A stretch of DNA of 64,000 bases, from NCBI GenBank assembly GCA_050575255.1, contig JBNZDD010013718.1:3405098-3469097 (forward strand). Direction: 5' to 3'. Origin of the DNA: Harriotta raleighana. Lineage: Eukaryota. The position numbers were made by a program, and so were the translations under genes. Shown in pieces: positions 63,326 to 64,000 of the stretch (position 1 is its first letter; the number at the start of each line of letters is the position of its first letter). The notes below the pieces were generated by a model. That model ran no database searches. It worked only from the letters and a program-made list of their open reading frames with translations, and was not told where the DNA came from.

Positions 63326-64000
63326 GTCAGGGATTCAAATAACCAATTGATTATTGTTTTATTTTTTGAGGGATTATCATTAGGTGTGTTTTCTGCATCT
63401 GCTGGTTTTAATTTACTAACAATTGTACGTTTTAGTAACTTTACGAGCTTCCACATGCCCACATTTACTTTGCTTCATTTTTATTGTTGCATTCCTACAA
63501 TACACACGGCTTCTGTGGTTGTCTGAGGTCAAGAGCACTGACAGGTGGGAAGTACGTCTCTGCATTGTTCCTTGTACCTCAAGCTGTCATGGAAACGGTC
63601 TGGCTGTGAGGGGTAGGGCTGACAAGCCCTCAGTAAGTCACTGTACAAGACTAGAGCTGCCAATAATAAAAGTAACCAGGGTTCAAAATCCAAACCATGC
63701 AAGTAAGATCTTCTGGTTGCCATTCTTCCCAGTTTCAGTCATACAGGATCATTGTACTAAACCATATGGACCTATTGTATTTAAAAACAGGCAAATGTAC
63801 AATATTAGGAAACGTTTCATGTAGTGTAGAAATTGTGTTGCATATGCTTGCTCGTGTATAAGATGCAGTTTGAATTTCTTGAAATGATTTGCTCTTTAAG
63901 TTGCATTGTGCACTGACCTGACAGCTGCTTGACGAGAATTGCACTACAGAGGTTCCTTATGTAGACATCAAGAGTAAAATGTCCTCAGAAAAATTGTATA

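Noticed and set aside
63423-63824. 133-aa ORF
   Set aside because: Non-ATG start, no recognisable domain and no exon boundaries.

Overview
AT-rich, CpG-depleted vertebrate non-coding DNA (intergenic or deep intronic). The repeat content points to a cartilaginous fish, most likely a chimaera such as Callorhinchus milii; this is inferred from repeat types, not proven. I recognise no host protein-coding exon, and the ORF track is noise apart from transposon remnants. The window holds about 12 copies of a young tRNA-headed, Deu-domain SINE with an L2-like (ATT)n tail, plus older DeuSINE and other ancient SINE relics. It also holds a decayed Tx1-clade ORF2, a decayed CR1 ORF1-esterase/ORF2-endonuclease piece, many L2 3' ends, three pogo/Tigger-type MITEs, one hAT MITE with an intact 8-bp TSD, and microsatellites. 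Four single-N assembly joins carry duplicated flanks. The best leads are a diverged ~120-bp direct repeat at 58.2/59.1 kb beside a CpG-retaining block, a ~95%-identical 90-bp direct repeat at 32.6/34.1 kb, two young SINEs inserted at nearly the same position of older SINE hosts, several motif-dense candidate enhancers, and one candidate 57-nt exon. I cannot support a new multi-gene system from this sequence.
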